This document shows, one piece after another, positions 1 to 9,591 of a DNA stretch of 26,900 nt (positions are counted from its first letter, which is position 1; every line of letters starts with the position of its first letter). The notes below the pieces were generated by a model. It made no database searches. It had not been told where the DNA came from and worked only from the letters and a program-made list of their open reading frames with translations. Both the position numbers and the translations under genes were made by a program. Source of the stretch: a virus (Duplodnaviria; Caudoviricetes); IMG/VR virus record IMGVR_UViG_3300043244_000127, positions 1 to 26,900 of that record. One strand, 5' to 3'.

Positions 1-519
1 TCACAGCAGCACCCCCAGGCCGCCCGCGCGCACGCGCGCGAGCACGTTGAACCCGAACGCCCGGTCCCAGCCCGCCATCGACCCGGCATAGGGCCAGACG
101 GTCGGCGTCGGGCGACGATCCACATGCAGGAAGGTCGCCGCCAACCCGAGGCCCGTGAACCCCGCCGCGATCGCCGCGCGCAGCAAGCGCTTGCGGTCAT
201 GGCCGGCGAGCGCGATGTCGGCCGCGATCGTCAAATGCATCGAGCGCGGCGCGCCGCCGACCCGGCGATTGTGCCGCGCCGAGCGGTGTCCGCTTGTGAT
301 GACCAGCGGTCGGCCGGCCTCGGCGCGCAGGGCTTCCAGCGCGTCGAGGAAATCGGGGTCGTGCCAATACTCGCCCGATCCTTTGCATGCGAGCTCGCGC
401 GCCTTGAAGTGCGGCCAGCGATCGGCTTCGGCCGGGGTCCAGATCGGGGCGCGCGCGTGCGGGCCGGGCCGCGTCATGACCGGGCTGTCGTCCCAAGTGG
501 GCCGGCCTGCCTCGCTCAT
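1..519 (-). CDS. Endolysin, peptidase M15A (Peptidase_M15_3-like zinc peptidase), 172 aa
   Basis: HFKARELACK, ITSGHRSARHNRRVGGAPRSMHLTIAADI and FLHVD are the M15 zinc-ligand motifs. The ATG at 519 overlaps the upstream stop (ATGA). The 1251 start in the ORF track is a spurious extension. Confidence 0.92.
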   Translation of the reverse strand: MSEAGRPTWDDSPVMTRPGPHARAPIWTPAEADRWPHFKARELACKGSGEYWHDPDFLDALEALRAEAGRPLVITSGHRSARHNRRVGGAPRSMHLTIAADIALAGHDRKRLLRAAIAAGFTGLGLAATFLHVDRRPTPTVWPYAGSMAGWDRAFGFNVLARVRAGGLGVLL

Positions 520-872
520 TGGCCGGCGCCGTAGAGCATGTGGCCGATGCGCGCCTCGACGATGCCGCGGGCGTCGGCGACGCCCAGGCGCTTCAGCGCC
601 TTGGGGACGCGCGCGTGCAGCGCTTCGGCCGCCAGATCGACGGCCGCGTCCATGTCTTGCACGCCGGCGTCGTCGGGATCGCGCAGGCGGGCGACCGCCT
701 CGCGCGCCGCCCACAGCGCGGCGTTCTGCACGACCGGGTGCGCCAGCGACTTCCGCCACAACAGCACGACCCACGTCGGCAGGATGGTCGCCACGAGCCC
801 GAAGAGCGCCAGCACCAGCTCGCCGATCAGCGGCGCCAGCGCCGCGCCGAAATCCATCGCGTCCTGTTCCAT
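516..872 (-). CDS. Putative holin (N-terminal transmembrane segment), 118 aa
   Basis: Hydrophobic LIGELVLALFGLVATILPTWVVLLW followed by RK, AGGAGG RBS, directly upstream of and coupled to the endolysin. Confidence 0.6.
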   Translation of the reverse strand: MEQDAMDFGAALAPLIGELVLALFGLVATILPTWVVLLWRKSLAHPVVQNAALWAAREAVARLRDPDDAGVQDMDAAVDLAAEALHARVPKALKRLGVADARGIVEARIGHMLYGAGQ

Positions 873-881
873 GGCCGCCTC

Positions 882-1208
882 CTAGTCGGGGTTGAAAAGG
901 GTTTTGATCCACGCGCCCGCGACCGCGCCGATCATCGAGAAGACAAAGGCGATCACCGCGAGGCCGCCTTGCGCTTGGTTCTTGAGCTTGGTCAGGGCGT
1001 CGATGTCTGCCCGGATGGCGGCCTGCGCCTCTTCCAGCCGCCGGATCGCGCCGGCGAGCTCCACGCGCAGATCCTTCAGGTCCTGCGCGTGATGCTCCTC
1101 GTATCGGTCCATGCGCTTGGCCCCGCGCTCCAGATTGTCGTTCACGCGCTCGAACCCGGCTGCCAGCCGTTCGGCCAGCGCCGCCAGCGTGATCGGGCGC
1201 GCGGTCAT
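882..1208 (-). CDS. Coiled-coil protein with C-terminal transmembrane helix (lysis-cassette membrane protein, holin/XhlA-like), 108 aa
   Basis: Heptad-rich N-terminus, then GLAVIAFVFSMIGAVAGAWI. The ATG at 1208 overlaps the upstream TGA. Confidence 0.65.
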   Translation of the reverse strand: MTARPITLAALAERLAAGFERVNDNLERGAKRMDRYEEHHAQDLKDLRVELAGAIRRLEEAQAAIRADIDALTKLKNQAQGGLAVIAFVFSMIGAVAGAWIKTLFNPD

Positions 1209-1387
1209 TGCGGGGGCTCTTCGGGCGGCGTCCACACGCCGTCGACGACATGGCCGTGAAGCGCCGCCGGCGCGCCGTCGGGGATCGCCACGAGCGTCAG
1301 GCCGGCGCCCGGGTCCCAGCCGTCGGCGGGCGGGCCGATGATGTTGTGGATCATGCCGCCGACGTCGACGATCGCGAAGCGCTGCAT
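1205..1387 (-). CDS. Small protein, possible tail-fibre assembly chaperone, 60 aa (MQRFAIVDVGGMIHNII...)
   Basis: GAGGGGG RBS before the ATG at 1387. The pattern (AIV..G.I.NII ... G..DG.W.PP) and the position after a Gly-rich fibre gene fit such small proteins. Confidence 0.65.
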   Translation of the reverse strand: MQRFAIVDVGGMIHNIIGPPADGWDPGAGLTLVAIPDGAPAALHGHVVDGVWTPPEEPPQ

Positions 1388-1397
1388 TTGGACCCCC

Positions 1398-2591
1398 TCA
1401 CAGATAGGTGATGACGATGATCTGGCCGCCGCCGCCCAGACCGCCCGCGCCGGACGGATTGCCGACGCCCGCGCCGCCCCCGCCGCCGCCGCCGCCTGGG
1501 AAGCCGCCCGCGGCGCCGTCGCCGCCGACCCCGGCCGCGGTCGAGAAGCCGCCGCCCCCGCCGTCGCCGCCGATGGTTTCGCCCGGCCGCGTCGCGCCCG
1601 CCTGCGCGGGGGTCGCGGTCGCGCCGGCCCCGCCGTCTCCGCCGTTGCCGCCGCCCGAGGCGCTCGACACGCCTTCCCGAACGACGCGCGAGCCCGAGCA
1701 GCCGTCCCCGCCGTTGCGGGCGGCGAGCGCGGCGCCTTGCGAGCCGCCCGAACCGCCCGAACCGCCCCCGGCATAGATCGCGCCGTTCACCGTGCCGCCG
1801 TTGCCGCCGGCGATCGCGCCGCCCGCCGCACCCGGCGCGCCGGGCGCGTAGCGACCCGCCGACGTGCCCTGCACCGTCCCGGCTGCGCCCGCGGCCGTGG
1901 CGGTGCCCCCGCCGCCCGGTCCGCCCGAGGGCGCCGCGGCTTTCCCGTTGCCGGTCGTCGTGCCGCCGAAGACCGTCGCGCCCCCGGAGCCGCCGCCCCC
2001 GCCGTTCGCGTCGACGCTCGACCCCGCGCCGACCGTCCCCGGCGCGCCGATCGTGATCGTTTCGGTCGCGCCCAGATCGCCGGCCAGGAACATCGCCTCG
2101 GAAAGCGAGCCGCCCGCGCCGGATCCACCGCCGCCCGCCGCCGTGCCGGCCGACGAGCGTCGCCCGCCGCCGCCCGAGCCGCCAGGCCCCCACATGATGA
2201 CATGCACTTGCGACGTCGCGGTCGCGCCGGCGGGCTTCGTCCAGGTCCCGGACACCGCGAAGGTCTGCACGTCGAGCCCGCCGCCGCCCGACCCGGGCGG
2301 GCCTTGGATGCCCTGAACGCCTTGCGGCCCTTGCGGGCCGGTCGGGCCGGCCGGTCCTTGCGCGCCCGTGGCGCCCGTCGCGCCCGTCGCCCCCGCCGGA
2401 CCTTGCGCGCCCGTCGCGCCGGTTGGTCCGGCGGGTCCTTGCGGGCCGGCCGGACCTTGCGGTCCCGGTCCCAGCCGCGCGGCGATCTGGTCGACCGTCA
2501 TTTTGCCGTTCACCCCGGCGCGCCGCGCCGGAATGACCTCCGTGCCGTCGAGGGGCGCCAGCGACGTGGCGGCGTCGATCGCCAAAGACAT
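1398..2591 (-). CDS. Collagen-repeat plus glycine-rich-domain fibre protein, 397 aa
   Basis: 19 G-X-Y triplets, then [29 protein letters not shown] ... [11 protein letters not shown], the glycine-rich domain of phage fibres. GGAG RBS. Confidence 0.85.
   Translation of the reverse strand: MSLAIDAATSLAPLDGTEVIPARRAGVNGKMTVDQIAARLGPGPQGPAGPQGPAGPTGATGAQGPAGATGATGATGAQGPAGPTGPQGPQGVQGIQGPPGSGGGGLDVQTFAVSGTWTKPAGATATSQVHVIMWGPGGSGGGGRRSSAGTAAGGGGSGAGGSLSEAMFLAGDLGATETITIGAPGTVGAGSSVDANGGGGGSGGATVFGGTTTGNGKAAAPSGGPGGGGTATAAGAAGTVQGTSAGRYAPGAPGAAGGAIAGGNGGTVNGAIYAGGGSGGSGGSQGAALAARNGGDGCSGSRVVREGVSSASGGGNGGDGGAGATATPAQAGATRPGETIGGDGGGGGFSTAAGVGGDGAAGGFPGGGGGGGGAGVGNPSGAGGLGGGGQIIVITYL
2295..2465 (-). 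repeat. Collagen-like (Gly-X-Y)19 coding repeat
   Basis: [57 protein letters not shown]. Confidence 0.95.
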
Positions 2592-2594
2592 TGA

Positions 2595-2753
2595 TCAGCT
2601 CCAGTGCAATGGCAGGCCGGCGGCCCAGAGGATGGGGACGCCCGGGGTCCATTCGGCCGGCGTCGCGGGCGGCGGCGGCAAAGGCGGGGGCGGGGGGCTG
2701 CCGCCGATGCGGACGGCGGCGTTCAAGAGGCCGAGGCGGGCGATCCGGATCAT
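2595..2753 (-). CDS. Small proline-rich protein, 52 aa (not in the ORF track)
   Basis: Hand translation [60 protein letters not shown]. Fills the gap between the tailspike and collagen genes. Confidence 0.7.
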   Translation of the reverse strand: MIRIARLGLLNAAVRIGGSPPPPPLPPPPATPAEWTPGVPILWAAGLPLHWS

Positions 2754-2760
2754 GGCGCCC

Positions 2761-5700
2761 TCACACGGTCGCGCGCGAGGAGACCCAGCGCCATTCGGCG
2801 CCGGTGTATTCGACGAGGCCCGGCCCGCCGGTCGTGTGCGTGCACCAAGCGAGCGCGCCCGCCGTCATGCCCGCCATGGCCAAGAGATCGGTCCGGTTGA
2901 CCGTCGCCGGCTTCATCCAGCCATTGTAGGTCAGGCCCTGCGGGGAGAGCTGGCCGCGCAAGGCGGCATAGGCTTGATCGTAAAGGAACATGGAGCCGAG
3001 GCCGCCCAGGCTCACGACCAGGCTCGCCGCGCCCGCATCCAGACGGCGCAGCTCGACGGACAGGACGTCGGCGCCCGCGTTGGTGACGTTCGTCGCGACC
3101 GTGGCCGCCGGCCCCGTGGTCACCCGCACGGCCGCCAAACCGTCGCTGGCGCGCGCCACCTGCACCGAATTCGCCGTGCCCGTGCGCGCGGTCATCAGCA
3201 CGCCGTTCACGATGCGGTCGCCGTTGGCGTTGGTGCGGTCGAACTCCGCGCCCGCGTCGATCGCGACCAGGGCGGCCGCCCCGAAATTGTTCTCTTGGTT
3301 CCACGCGAGCGCCCTGTTTCCCGTGCTGGCGACCGCGAAGCCGCTGGCCGCCCCTTGGACGTGGATGCCACCGTCGCCCGGCTCCAGCAGGCCCGAGAAC
3401 ACGTTCGCGCGCGAGGCGGTGACCGCGCTCGCGCCGCCCTCCATCACCACGCCCTTGCCGGTCCCCGCCGTGCGGAACACCTTGCAATAGGCGATGTCGT
3501 TGCTGTCGCTGTTCTTGAGGCGCAGGCCGACGCCGTTGCGGTGCGTGCCATAGATGCGGACCAAGTTCTTGCAGGAGTTGGCGTTCGGGTCCCCGTCCAT
3601 CACGAGGCCGTCGCCCGCGAGGCCCGGCCGGACGATCAGATCGAGCTCGTTGCCGACGAAATCCTTGGCCTCGCCCAGCGCGGCCGCGACCACGCCCGTG
3701 GCCATGCAGGCCGTCTGCCAGCCGACCAGCCGCAGGCGGAAAACCGCGCCCTGCGAACTGCGCGCGTCGAGGCCCGTCGTGCCGGTCGAGGAGACCAGAT
3801 CGAAATCGATGAGGCCGCCGCCGCGCAAGGCGTCGCCCCCCGCGACCGAGGGCGGCGCCCGCGTCACGCCGACGCCCGTGCCGGTGTAGATGAGCCGCGT
3901 GGCCCCGGGCCGGCCCATGCCCGCCGCGTCGTCATAGCCGCCGCGGCCGGCGCCCTTGACCAGAACGCCGGCGTCCCACGTCCGGGTCGTGGAATATTCG
4001 ATGTCGCCGGGAGGCAGGATCAGCGTCTTGCCCGCGCTTGCCTTGGCCGCCGCGAAGGCGGCCGCGAAGGCCGCGTCGTTGATCGCGGCGGCTTGGCCCG
4101 CGCGCACGCCGAAGGCGGCGGCGTGCACCGCTTCGTCGGCGTCGGCCGGGGGCTTTTGCCACAGATTGCCCGCCACATGGCGCGGCCCGGGCACCAGCCC
4201 GACCGCGATCGAGGTTGGCGCGCGCGTGTCGGCGTCCGAGCACCCGGTGACGATGAGCGCGCCGGCGCTCACGACATTGATCGCGCGCCAGCAGAAGGCG
4301 GCGTGCAGATCGTGGACCTCCAGGCGGTTGGCCGCCTCGCAATGGACGCCCGAATAATGGTCGGTGTTGGGGCCGCTCACCGTCCCGCCCGCGACGCGGA
4401 CGGTCGCGGCGGGCGCGTTCACGAACACCGCCGCGTGCGGCCCGGCCGACGCGCCCAGCGCGCCGCTGTCATAGGTGTTGGCCCCGATCGTGAAGACGCC
4501 GGCGGAAGCGGTCTGGATCGCGATGTGGCTCTGGCGCGTCTGGGCGAACGTGTTGGCCTCGATCAGCATCGAGGTGTCAGGCCCGCCCGTGGCGTTGAAC
4601 AGGATCGCCGTGCCCGACAACGCGGGGTCCGTCGCGTTGAAGCCCAGGAACTGGTTGTTGACGATTCTGCTCTGGGAGAGGCTCGCCGGGCCTTCGACGC
4701 GGACGGGGAAACGGACCTGGTCGAATTTGTTGCCGCTGATGTTGACTTGGATGCACGTGCCGCCGTCGAACCGCATGCCGTCGCGGTGCCCGAAGAACAG
4801 ATTGTCGGTCACCCAGATGCCGTCGCCGTCGCGATATTGCAGCGCGACGCCGTTTTCGCGCGCATATTTGGCCGCGCCCGTCAGCGTCGCGGCCGTCCAG
4901 AACCCCCACGTGAAGCTCGTGTCGGTGACCTCGATCCGTTCCAGATTGTTGTGGATGTCGATCGTCTTGCGGAACGCGAACAGATAGCTCTTGGTCACCC
5001 GCACGTGGCCGATCTGGCCGGCCGGATCGTCGAGCGCGACGAAGTCGAAGGCGTTGAAGACGGCGCAACGGTCGATCTCGACGAATTGCACCGGGCCGGC
5101 GGTGAAGTCGAAATCCAGCGTCGGGGGATAGACGGTCGGGGTCGGGCTGTCGGGCTGATCGGGATAGAAAAACTGCACGCCGCGGAAGGTCACGCCGCGC
5201 CGGATGGTGAACGGGCTCGCGCTCGTGCCCACGATCTCGAACACGGTCCCCCGATCGGTGTGCGGCTGGCCATAGCCCGCGCCGTCCAGCGTCTCCGCGC
5301 CCACGATCGTGACGTTTTCGACGGCCAGCGTGCCGGCCGCCACGTCCAGCCGATAGCGGCCGGGCGCGAAAACGAGCCGCGCCCCGATCGCGCCGGCGGC
5401 CGTCAGCGCCGCCTGCAGCGCGGCCCGGTCGACGGCGACGCCGTCGTTGCGCACGTTCCACCAGCGCGCCTGCCAATCCCCGTTCGCGACCCGCTTCCAG
5501 CGCCGGCCGCTGGCGTCCACGATCGTCACGCCGCCGTCGTCCGCGCTCGTCGTGTCGGCGGGATCGCGCGCGAAGAGGCCGCCGCCGTCCCCGGCGCGAT
5601 GCGACATGGGCAGCTGCACCATGCTCGCGCCCAGGGTCGCGCTCGTCGCCGCCCGCAGGGCGGCGATCGATTCGGGCTGCACGCCCGCCTCGATGCCGTC

Positions 5701-6438
5701 CAGCGCCCAGCGATCGGGCGCGCACACGCTCGCCGCGATCGCCGTGCCGTCGCCCGTCGTCACCGCCGCCCCGCCCGCCAGCGTCGCGCCCGCGCCGGCC
5801 TGCACGGTCACCGCGCCGCCGCCCCATTGCCGCAGGATGACCGCGAAGCCGACCGGCAGGCCCGCCGGCAGGCTGACGACGCAGCCCGCGACGTTCGTGA
5901 ACAAAAGCGTGTGGGCCAGATCCGCGACGCTCAAGCCGTGGGTCGGCGTCGCCACGGTGCGGACCAGCCCGATCAGCTGGCTCGCCTCGCTCTGCAGCGG
6001 GATCCACGTGACGCTCGACCCGTCGCCCGCCGCGACCGGCGAGCCGCCCGGCACGATCGGCCCCATGGTCGGCGCCGTCGCGCCCACCGGCACGCGCAAG
6101 GCGCGGCCGAGGTCGGCGCGCAATTCCTGATCCCGCAGGGCGAGGCGGTCGAGCGCGCGTTCGGTCGGCGCGGCCGGGAAGGCCGCCAGATCGGCCAGGC
6201 GCAAGGGCTGATCGTCGGGCGTCTCGCGCCACACGACCACAAGGGCGCCGGCGGGCGGCGCGGCGGTCAGCGTGACATTCGTGCCGCTCAGCAGGAAATC
6301 GGCGGGGCTCGCCACCCCGCCCGCCGGCCGCACCGCCACCCGCACGTCGGCGGGCGCGGAGACGGGAAAGGGCACGGCATAGGGTCCGACGCCGGCGGCC
6401 GAAAAGGTCACTTGAGGATTGGACGTCGGAACCGTCAT
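2761..6438 (-). CDS. Tailspike/tail fibre: T7 gp17-like N-terminal anchor plus pectate-lyase-like beta-helix depolymerase domain(s), 1225 aa
   Basis: N-terminus [40 protein letters not shown]. Tailspike motif [28 protein letters not shown]. Beta-helix caps [21 protein letters not shown] and [19 protein letters not shown]. Confidence 0.9.
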   Translation of the reverse strand: MTVPTSNPQVTFSAAGVGPYAVPFPVSAPADVRVAVRPAGGVASPADFLLSGTNVTLTAAPPAGALVVVWRETPDDQPLRLADLAAFPAAPTERALDRLALRDQELRADLGRALRVPVGATAPTMGPIVPGGSPVAAGDGSSVTWIPLQSEASQLIGLVRTVATPTHGLSVADLAHTLLFTNVAGCVVSLPAGLPVGFAVILRQWGGGAVTVQAGAGATLAGGAAVTTGDGTAIAASVCAPDRWALDGIEAGVQPESIAALRAATSATLGASMVQLPMSHRAGDGGGLFARDPADTTSADDGGVTIVDASGRRWKRVANGDWQARWWNVRNDGVAVDRAALQAALTAAGAIGARLVFAPGRYRLDVAAGTLAVENVTIVGAETLDGAGYGQPHTDRGTVFEIVGTSASPFTIRRGVTFRGVQFFYPDQPDSPTPTVYPPTLDFDFTAGPVQFVEIDRCAVFNAFDFVALDDPAGQIGHVRVTKSYLFAFRKTIDIHNNLERIEVTDTSFTWGFWTAATLTGAAKYARENGVALQYRDGDGIWVTDNLFFGHRDGMRFDGGTCIQVNISGNKFDQVRFPVRVEGPASLSQSRIVNNQFLGFNATDPALSGTAILFNATGGPDTSMLIEANTFAQTRQSHIAIQTASAGVFTIGANTYDSGALGASAGPHAAVFVNAPAATVRVAGGTVSGPNTDHYSGVHCEAANRLEVHDLHAAFCWRAINVVSAGALIVTGCSDADTRAPTSIAVGLVPGPRHVAGNLWQKPPADADEAVHAAAFGVRAGQAAAINDAAFAAAFAAAKASAGKTLILPPGDIEYSTTRTWDAGVLVKGAGRGGYDDAAGMGRPGATRLIYTGTGVGVTRAPPSVAGGDALRGGGLIDFDLVSSTGTTGLDARSSQGAVFRLRLVGWQTACMATGVVAAALGEAKDFVGNELDLIVRPGLAGDGLVMDGDPNANSCKNLVRIYGTHRNGVGLRLKNSDSNDIAYCKVFRTAGTGKGVVMEGGASAVTASRANVFSGLLEPGDGGIHVQGAASGFAVASTGNRALAWNQENNFGAAALVAIDAGAEFDRTNANGDRIVNGVLMTARTGTANSVQVARASDGLAAVRVTTGPAATVATNVTNAGADVLSVELRRLDAGAASLVVSLGGLGSMFLYDQAYAALRGQLSPQGLTYNGWMKPATVNRTDLLAMAGMTAGALAWCTHTTGGPGLVEYTGAEWRWVSSRATV

Positions 6439-6463
6439 GAAGCCGCCTCGCTGATCGCGAGAC

Positions 6464-6489
6464 TGCGGGTCGGCCAGGGTTAGGCCGGG
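6464..6489 (-). promoter_or_regulatory. Conserved late-gene motif, copy 1 (CCCGGCCTAACCCTGGCCGACCCGCA)
   Basis: Intergenic, 25 nt upstream of the tailspike ATG. Exact 26/26 match to 23333-23358. Function is inferred. Confidence 0.6.
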
Positions 6490-6507
6490 CGCGGGCGGCG
6501 GGAAGCC

Positions 6508-9500
6508 TCAGTCGGCCGCTTCGGCCGCCTCGACCGCGGGCAGGGGGAGCCAGAAGCCGCGGCCCTCCTCCTCTTGCATGCGCCGCTCCAGCCGATCCAG
6601 ATAGCCGGGGCTGGCGGCTTCCTGCATCTGGTAGAGGATCGAGTAATTGAGCGCGGCGCGCAAATAAAAGAGGTTCAGGAACGGCGTGTTCGCGATCGCC
6701 AGCCGCAAGGCGTTGGCGTCGGCGTCCTCGCCGTCGCGCAGCTTGCCGAACATGGCCAGCAATTGCTCCGCCGTGCCGACCGACGGCCCGGCGAGCGCCG
6801 CGAGCGCGCCTTGCCCATGGCGATTGTATTGCGCGAACAGGAAGTCGCCATAGAAGCCCGCGCCGCCGCCGCGCGCGAAGGCCGCGACCCACGTGCGCGG
6901 ATCGTCGACGGGGCGGGGCTCCTTGCCGCCCATGAGATCGATCGCCGCCCCGGAAACATAGCCCAGAAGCGTCAAGCCCACGATCGTGTTGGCCAGCATC
7001 ATGGCCGGCCGGCCCAGCGCCTCTTGATCGGCCTCGCCGGCGCGGATCGCGGCCAGCGACGCGTTCGCCTCGCGCAAGGTCGGCAGAATGTTGCGGGTGA
7101 TGAGCGTGTAGGGATAGCTCTTGAATTGCGTCAAGAGCCGCAGCGTGACCCCCAGCGCCGTGCCGTCGCGTTGGCCCCACGTCAGCACGGCCTTTTCCGC
7201 CGCGCGCGGTTCGGTCAAGGCATCGTCGACGAAAGAGCTGAACCACGCCTGCACGCGCAGGCGCGCCTCATCCTGCGCCGCGACCTTTTGATCGGCCGTC
7301 CAGATGTCGGGGATCTTGAGCTCGTTCGCGATCGTGCGATCGCGCAGGCGATCGAGCGTGTCGGCCTCGCGCAGGCGCTGCCACAGCGACCGGGTCCAAC
7401 CGTCGCGCTCCAGCGCGGCGCGACGCGCAGGGTCGATGTCCTTCCAGATCGGCAATTCGTCCCAGTCGAGCTGATCCATTTCGGTCAGGGCGAGCGCGTC
7501 CTTGAGGCGCTGGCGGGCGGCGCGCACCGCTTCCACGTCCATGCGCTTGGGCGGGTTCAGCCATTGGACCGCCTCTTCCGGCCCGATCGCACGGGCCGCG
7601 TCCGGGGTCAGGAAGCGGGCGGCGGGCGCCTCGGGGTCCAGGCCCGCGTCCGGGCGCGCGCGCAACAGATCCCACAAACCCTGATCGATCCCGAACCGCT
7701 CCAAGCCTTCGCGCACGCCGGTCTCCAAAGCGGCGAAAGCGCGGTCCACACGGTCGCCCAAGAGCCGCGCCAAGGCCGTCGACGCCCCGCGCCGAACGCC
7801 GGTTTGCCAAAGCTCGAAGAGATTGACTTTGTAGAAGATGTTCTGCGCCTTCGCGAGGCCGCCGATCATCGTGTCGCCCGTGGCGAAATTGCCCGCGATG
7901 TCGCCGGCGACCGCGCGCATGGTCACCCCGACCAGCTCGCCCGCGCGGCGCGCGTCGGCGTCCTGCGTGCGCAAGACGCCCGCCAGCACCTCGCGATACG
8001 CGTCGAACAAGGGCACGCCCGCCCGCGTGAGGGCGGTCGCCGCACTGCCCATGTCCGAGATGCTGGTGATCGTCATGCCGCCGAGCTTGGCCATGCTCTG
8101 CTGCATGCGCAGCACGCGGGACACGATCGCCGCGCGCGCTTCCGATCCCCCGCGCGGCGCGTCGGCCTCGCCGGTCAGGACGGCGAATTCGCGATCGCGC
8201 CCGCCGTCCATGATCGCGCGGGCGGCCTTGACGTCGCCGGCCTTTTCCGCCTGCGCGACCAGCCGCCGCCGTTCGGCGTCGAACGCCGCTTGCGGGTTCG
8301 GCCCCCACGCTTCCATGAGGGCGCTGGCGCGCGCGGCCCGCTCTTGCCCCAGCAAATGGGTTTCCAAGAAGCTGCCCGAGCCATAGCGCTCGTGATAATC
8401 CATCCAGGCGTCCGCGTCCTTGAAGTGCAGCACGCGTCGCCGGCTCACTTGGCGCGCGGTGCCCGGCGGCGGGGTGAAACCGTCCAGGTCCGACGTGGCG
8501 TCGGATCCGTCGTCGGTCTTGCCCAAGACGATGTCCATCCAGATCCGGCCCAGAAAGTCGCGGCGCGCGCGCGCGATCAGCGCCTGTTCGGAGCCGACGC
8601 CCAGCTGGTCGAGCGCCGCGGCGCGCGCATCGAACGGCCCGTCGCCCATTTCGGCCGCCAGCGCTTCCACGCGCGCCGCGCGCTTGGCGCGCGTGCCGGC
8701 CCGCTTGGCGGCGTCGGCGGCGCGCCGGGCGCGCGCCAGGGCGGCTTCCCGGGCGGCGCGGGCCTCGGTCAGGCGCGCTTCGGTCCGCTCCAGATCGCGC
8801 AGCGCGAATTCGTCGGTCGCCTCGAACGTGCGCGCGTCAAGCTTGGTTTCGATGTCCGCGATCCAGCGCGCCTTCGCCGCGCGCGCCGTCTCCGGCGTGA
8901 TCCATCCGCCGCCCTTCCAGAACCCGCCGCTCACCTTGATCGCATCATGGTTCTGGCGCGTGACATAGCCGGGCAGATTGGCGATCCAAGCGCCCCGGGC
9001 GTTCAGCGCCGCCAGCGCCTTGTCCTGCGTCGTCTTCAGCGCCGCCGCGACGGCCGTCGCCGTGGGATCGTCCACCGCCGCGCGTTCGGCCCCGTTGAGC
9101 CGCGCGAGCTCGCGGGCCACGTCGCGCTCGAAGTCCCGATCGGGTCGGGCCAGCCAATTGTTCAAGCGGGGCAATGCCCCTTCGATCGCCTCCAGCGCGC
9201 CGATCAATTCGGCGCGCCATTCGTCGGCCTGCGCCCGCCCCTTGGCGTCCACCGACAGGCCGGCCAGCCGGCCTTGGCGCGACGATCCCACGTTGAAATC
9301 TTGCAGGCGGCGGCCCAGCTCGGCGACGGGCCCTTCGAAGCGCGCCGCGCGCTTGGACCGCGCCAGCGCCGCGAAAGCCTCCATGCGGCGGCGGATCAGC
9401 GCTTCCTTCAAATCCTCGGCCGTGAGCTCGGCCGCCGCCGCCCGCAGCGCGTCGGTGTCGAACGCGCCGGGCTCGTTCAGCCCCTTGCGGCGAGCGCGGG

Positions 9501-9591
9501 CGGCCAGTCGCGCGACCAGATCGTCGATTTCTTCGTCGCTGAACGCGTCGCCGACCGCCGCACGGATCGGGCCTTGGCATGCGCGGGTCAT
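6508..9591 (-). CDS. Large internal virion (DNA ejection) protein, T7 gp16-position analogue, 1027 aa
   Basis: Last internal-protein gene before the fibre. Helical, with RVLHFKDADAWMDYHERYG, QFKSYP and GGGAGFYGDFLF motifs as in epsilon15/BPP-1-like ejection proteins. The ATG at 9591 overlaps the upstream TGA. Confidence 0.8.
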   Translation of the reverse strand: MTRACQGPIRAAVGDAFSDEEIDDLVARLAARARRKGLNEPGAFDTDALRAAAAELTAEDLKEALIRRRMEAFAALARSKRAARFEGPVAELGRRLQDFNVGSSRQGRLAGLSVDAKGRAQADEWRAELIGALEAIEGALPRLNNWLARPDRDFERDVARELARLNGAERAAVDDPTATAVAAALKTTQDKALAALNARGAWIANLPGYVTRQNHDAIKVSGGFWKGGGWITPETARAAKARWIADIETKLDARTFEATDEFALRDLERTEARLTEARAAREAALARARRAADAAKRAGTRAKRAARVEALAAEMGDGPFDARAAALDQLGVGSEQALIARARRDFLGRIWMDIVLGKTDDGSDATSDLDGFTPPPGTARQVSRRRVLHFKDADAWMDYHERYGSGSFLETHLLGQERAARASALMEAWGPNPQAAFDAERRRLVAQAEKAGDVKAARAIMDGGRDREFAVLTGEADAPRGGSEARAAIVSRVLRMQQSMAKLGGMTITSISDMGSAATALTRAGVPLFDAYREVLAGVLRTQDADARRAGELVGVTMRAVAGDIAGNFATGDTMIGGLAKAQNIFYKVNLFELWQTGVRRGASTALARLLGDRVDRAFAALETGVREGLERFGIDQGLWDLLRARPDAGLDPEAPAARFLTPDAARAIGPEEAVQWLNPPKRMDVEAVRAARQRLKDALALTEMDQLDWDELPIWKDIDPARRAALERDGWTRSLWQRLREADTLDRLRDRTIANELKIPDIWTADQKVAAQDEARLRVQAWFSSFVDDALTEPRAAEKAVLTWGQRDGTALGVTLRLLTQFKSYPYTLITRNILPTLREANASLAAIRAGEADQEALGRPAMMLANTIVGLTLLGYVSGAAIDLMGGKEPRPVDDPRTWVAAFARGGGAGFYGDFLFAQYNRHGQGALAALAGPSVGTAEQLLAMFGKLRDGEDADANALRLAIANTPFLNLFYLRAALNYSILYQMQEAASPGYLDRLERRMQEEEGRGFWLPLPAVEAAEAAD

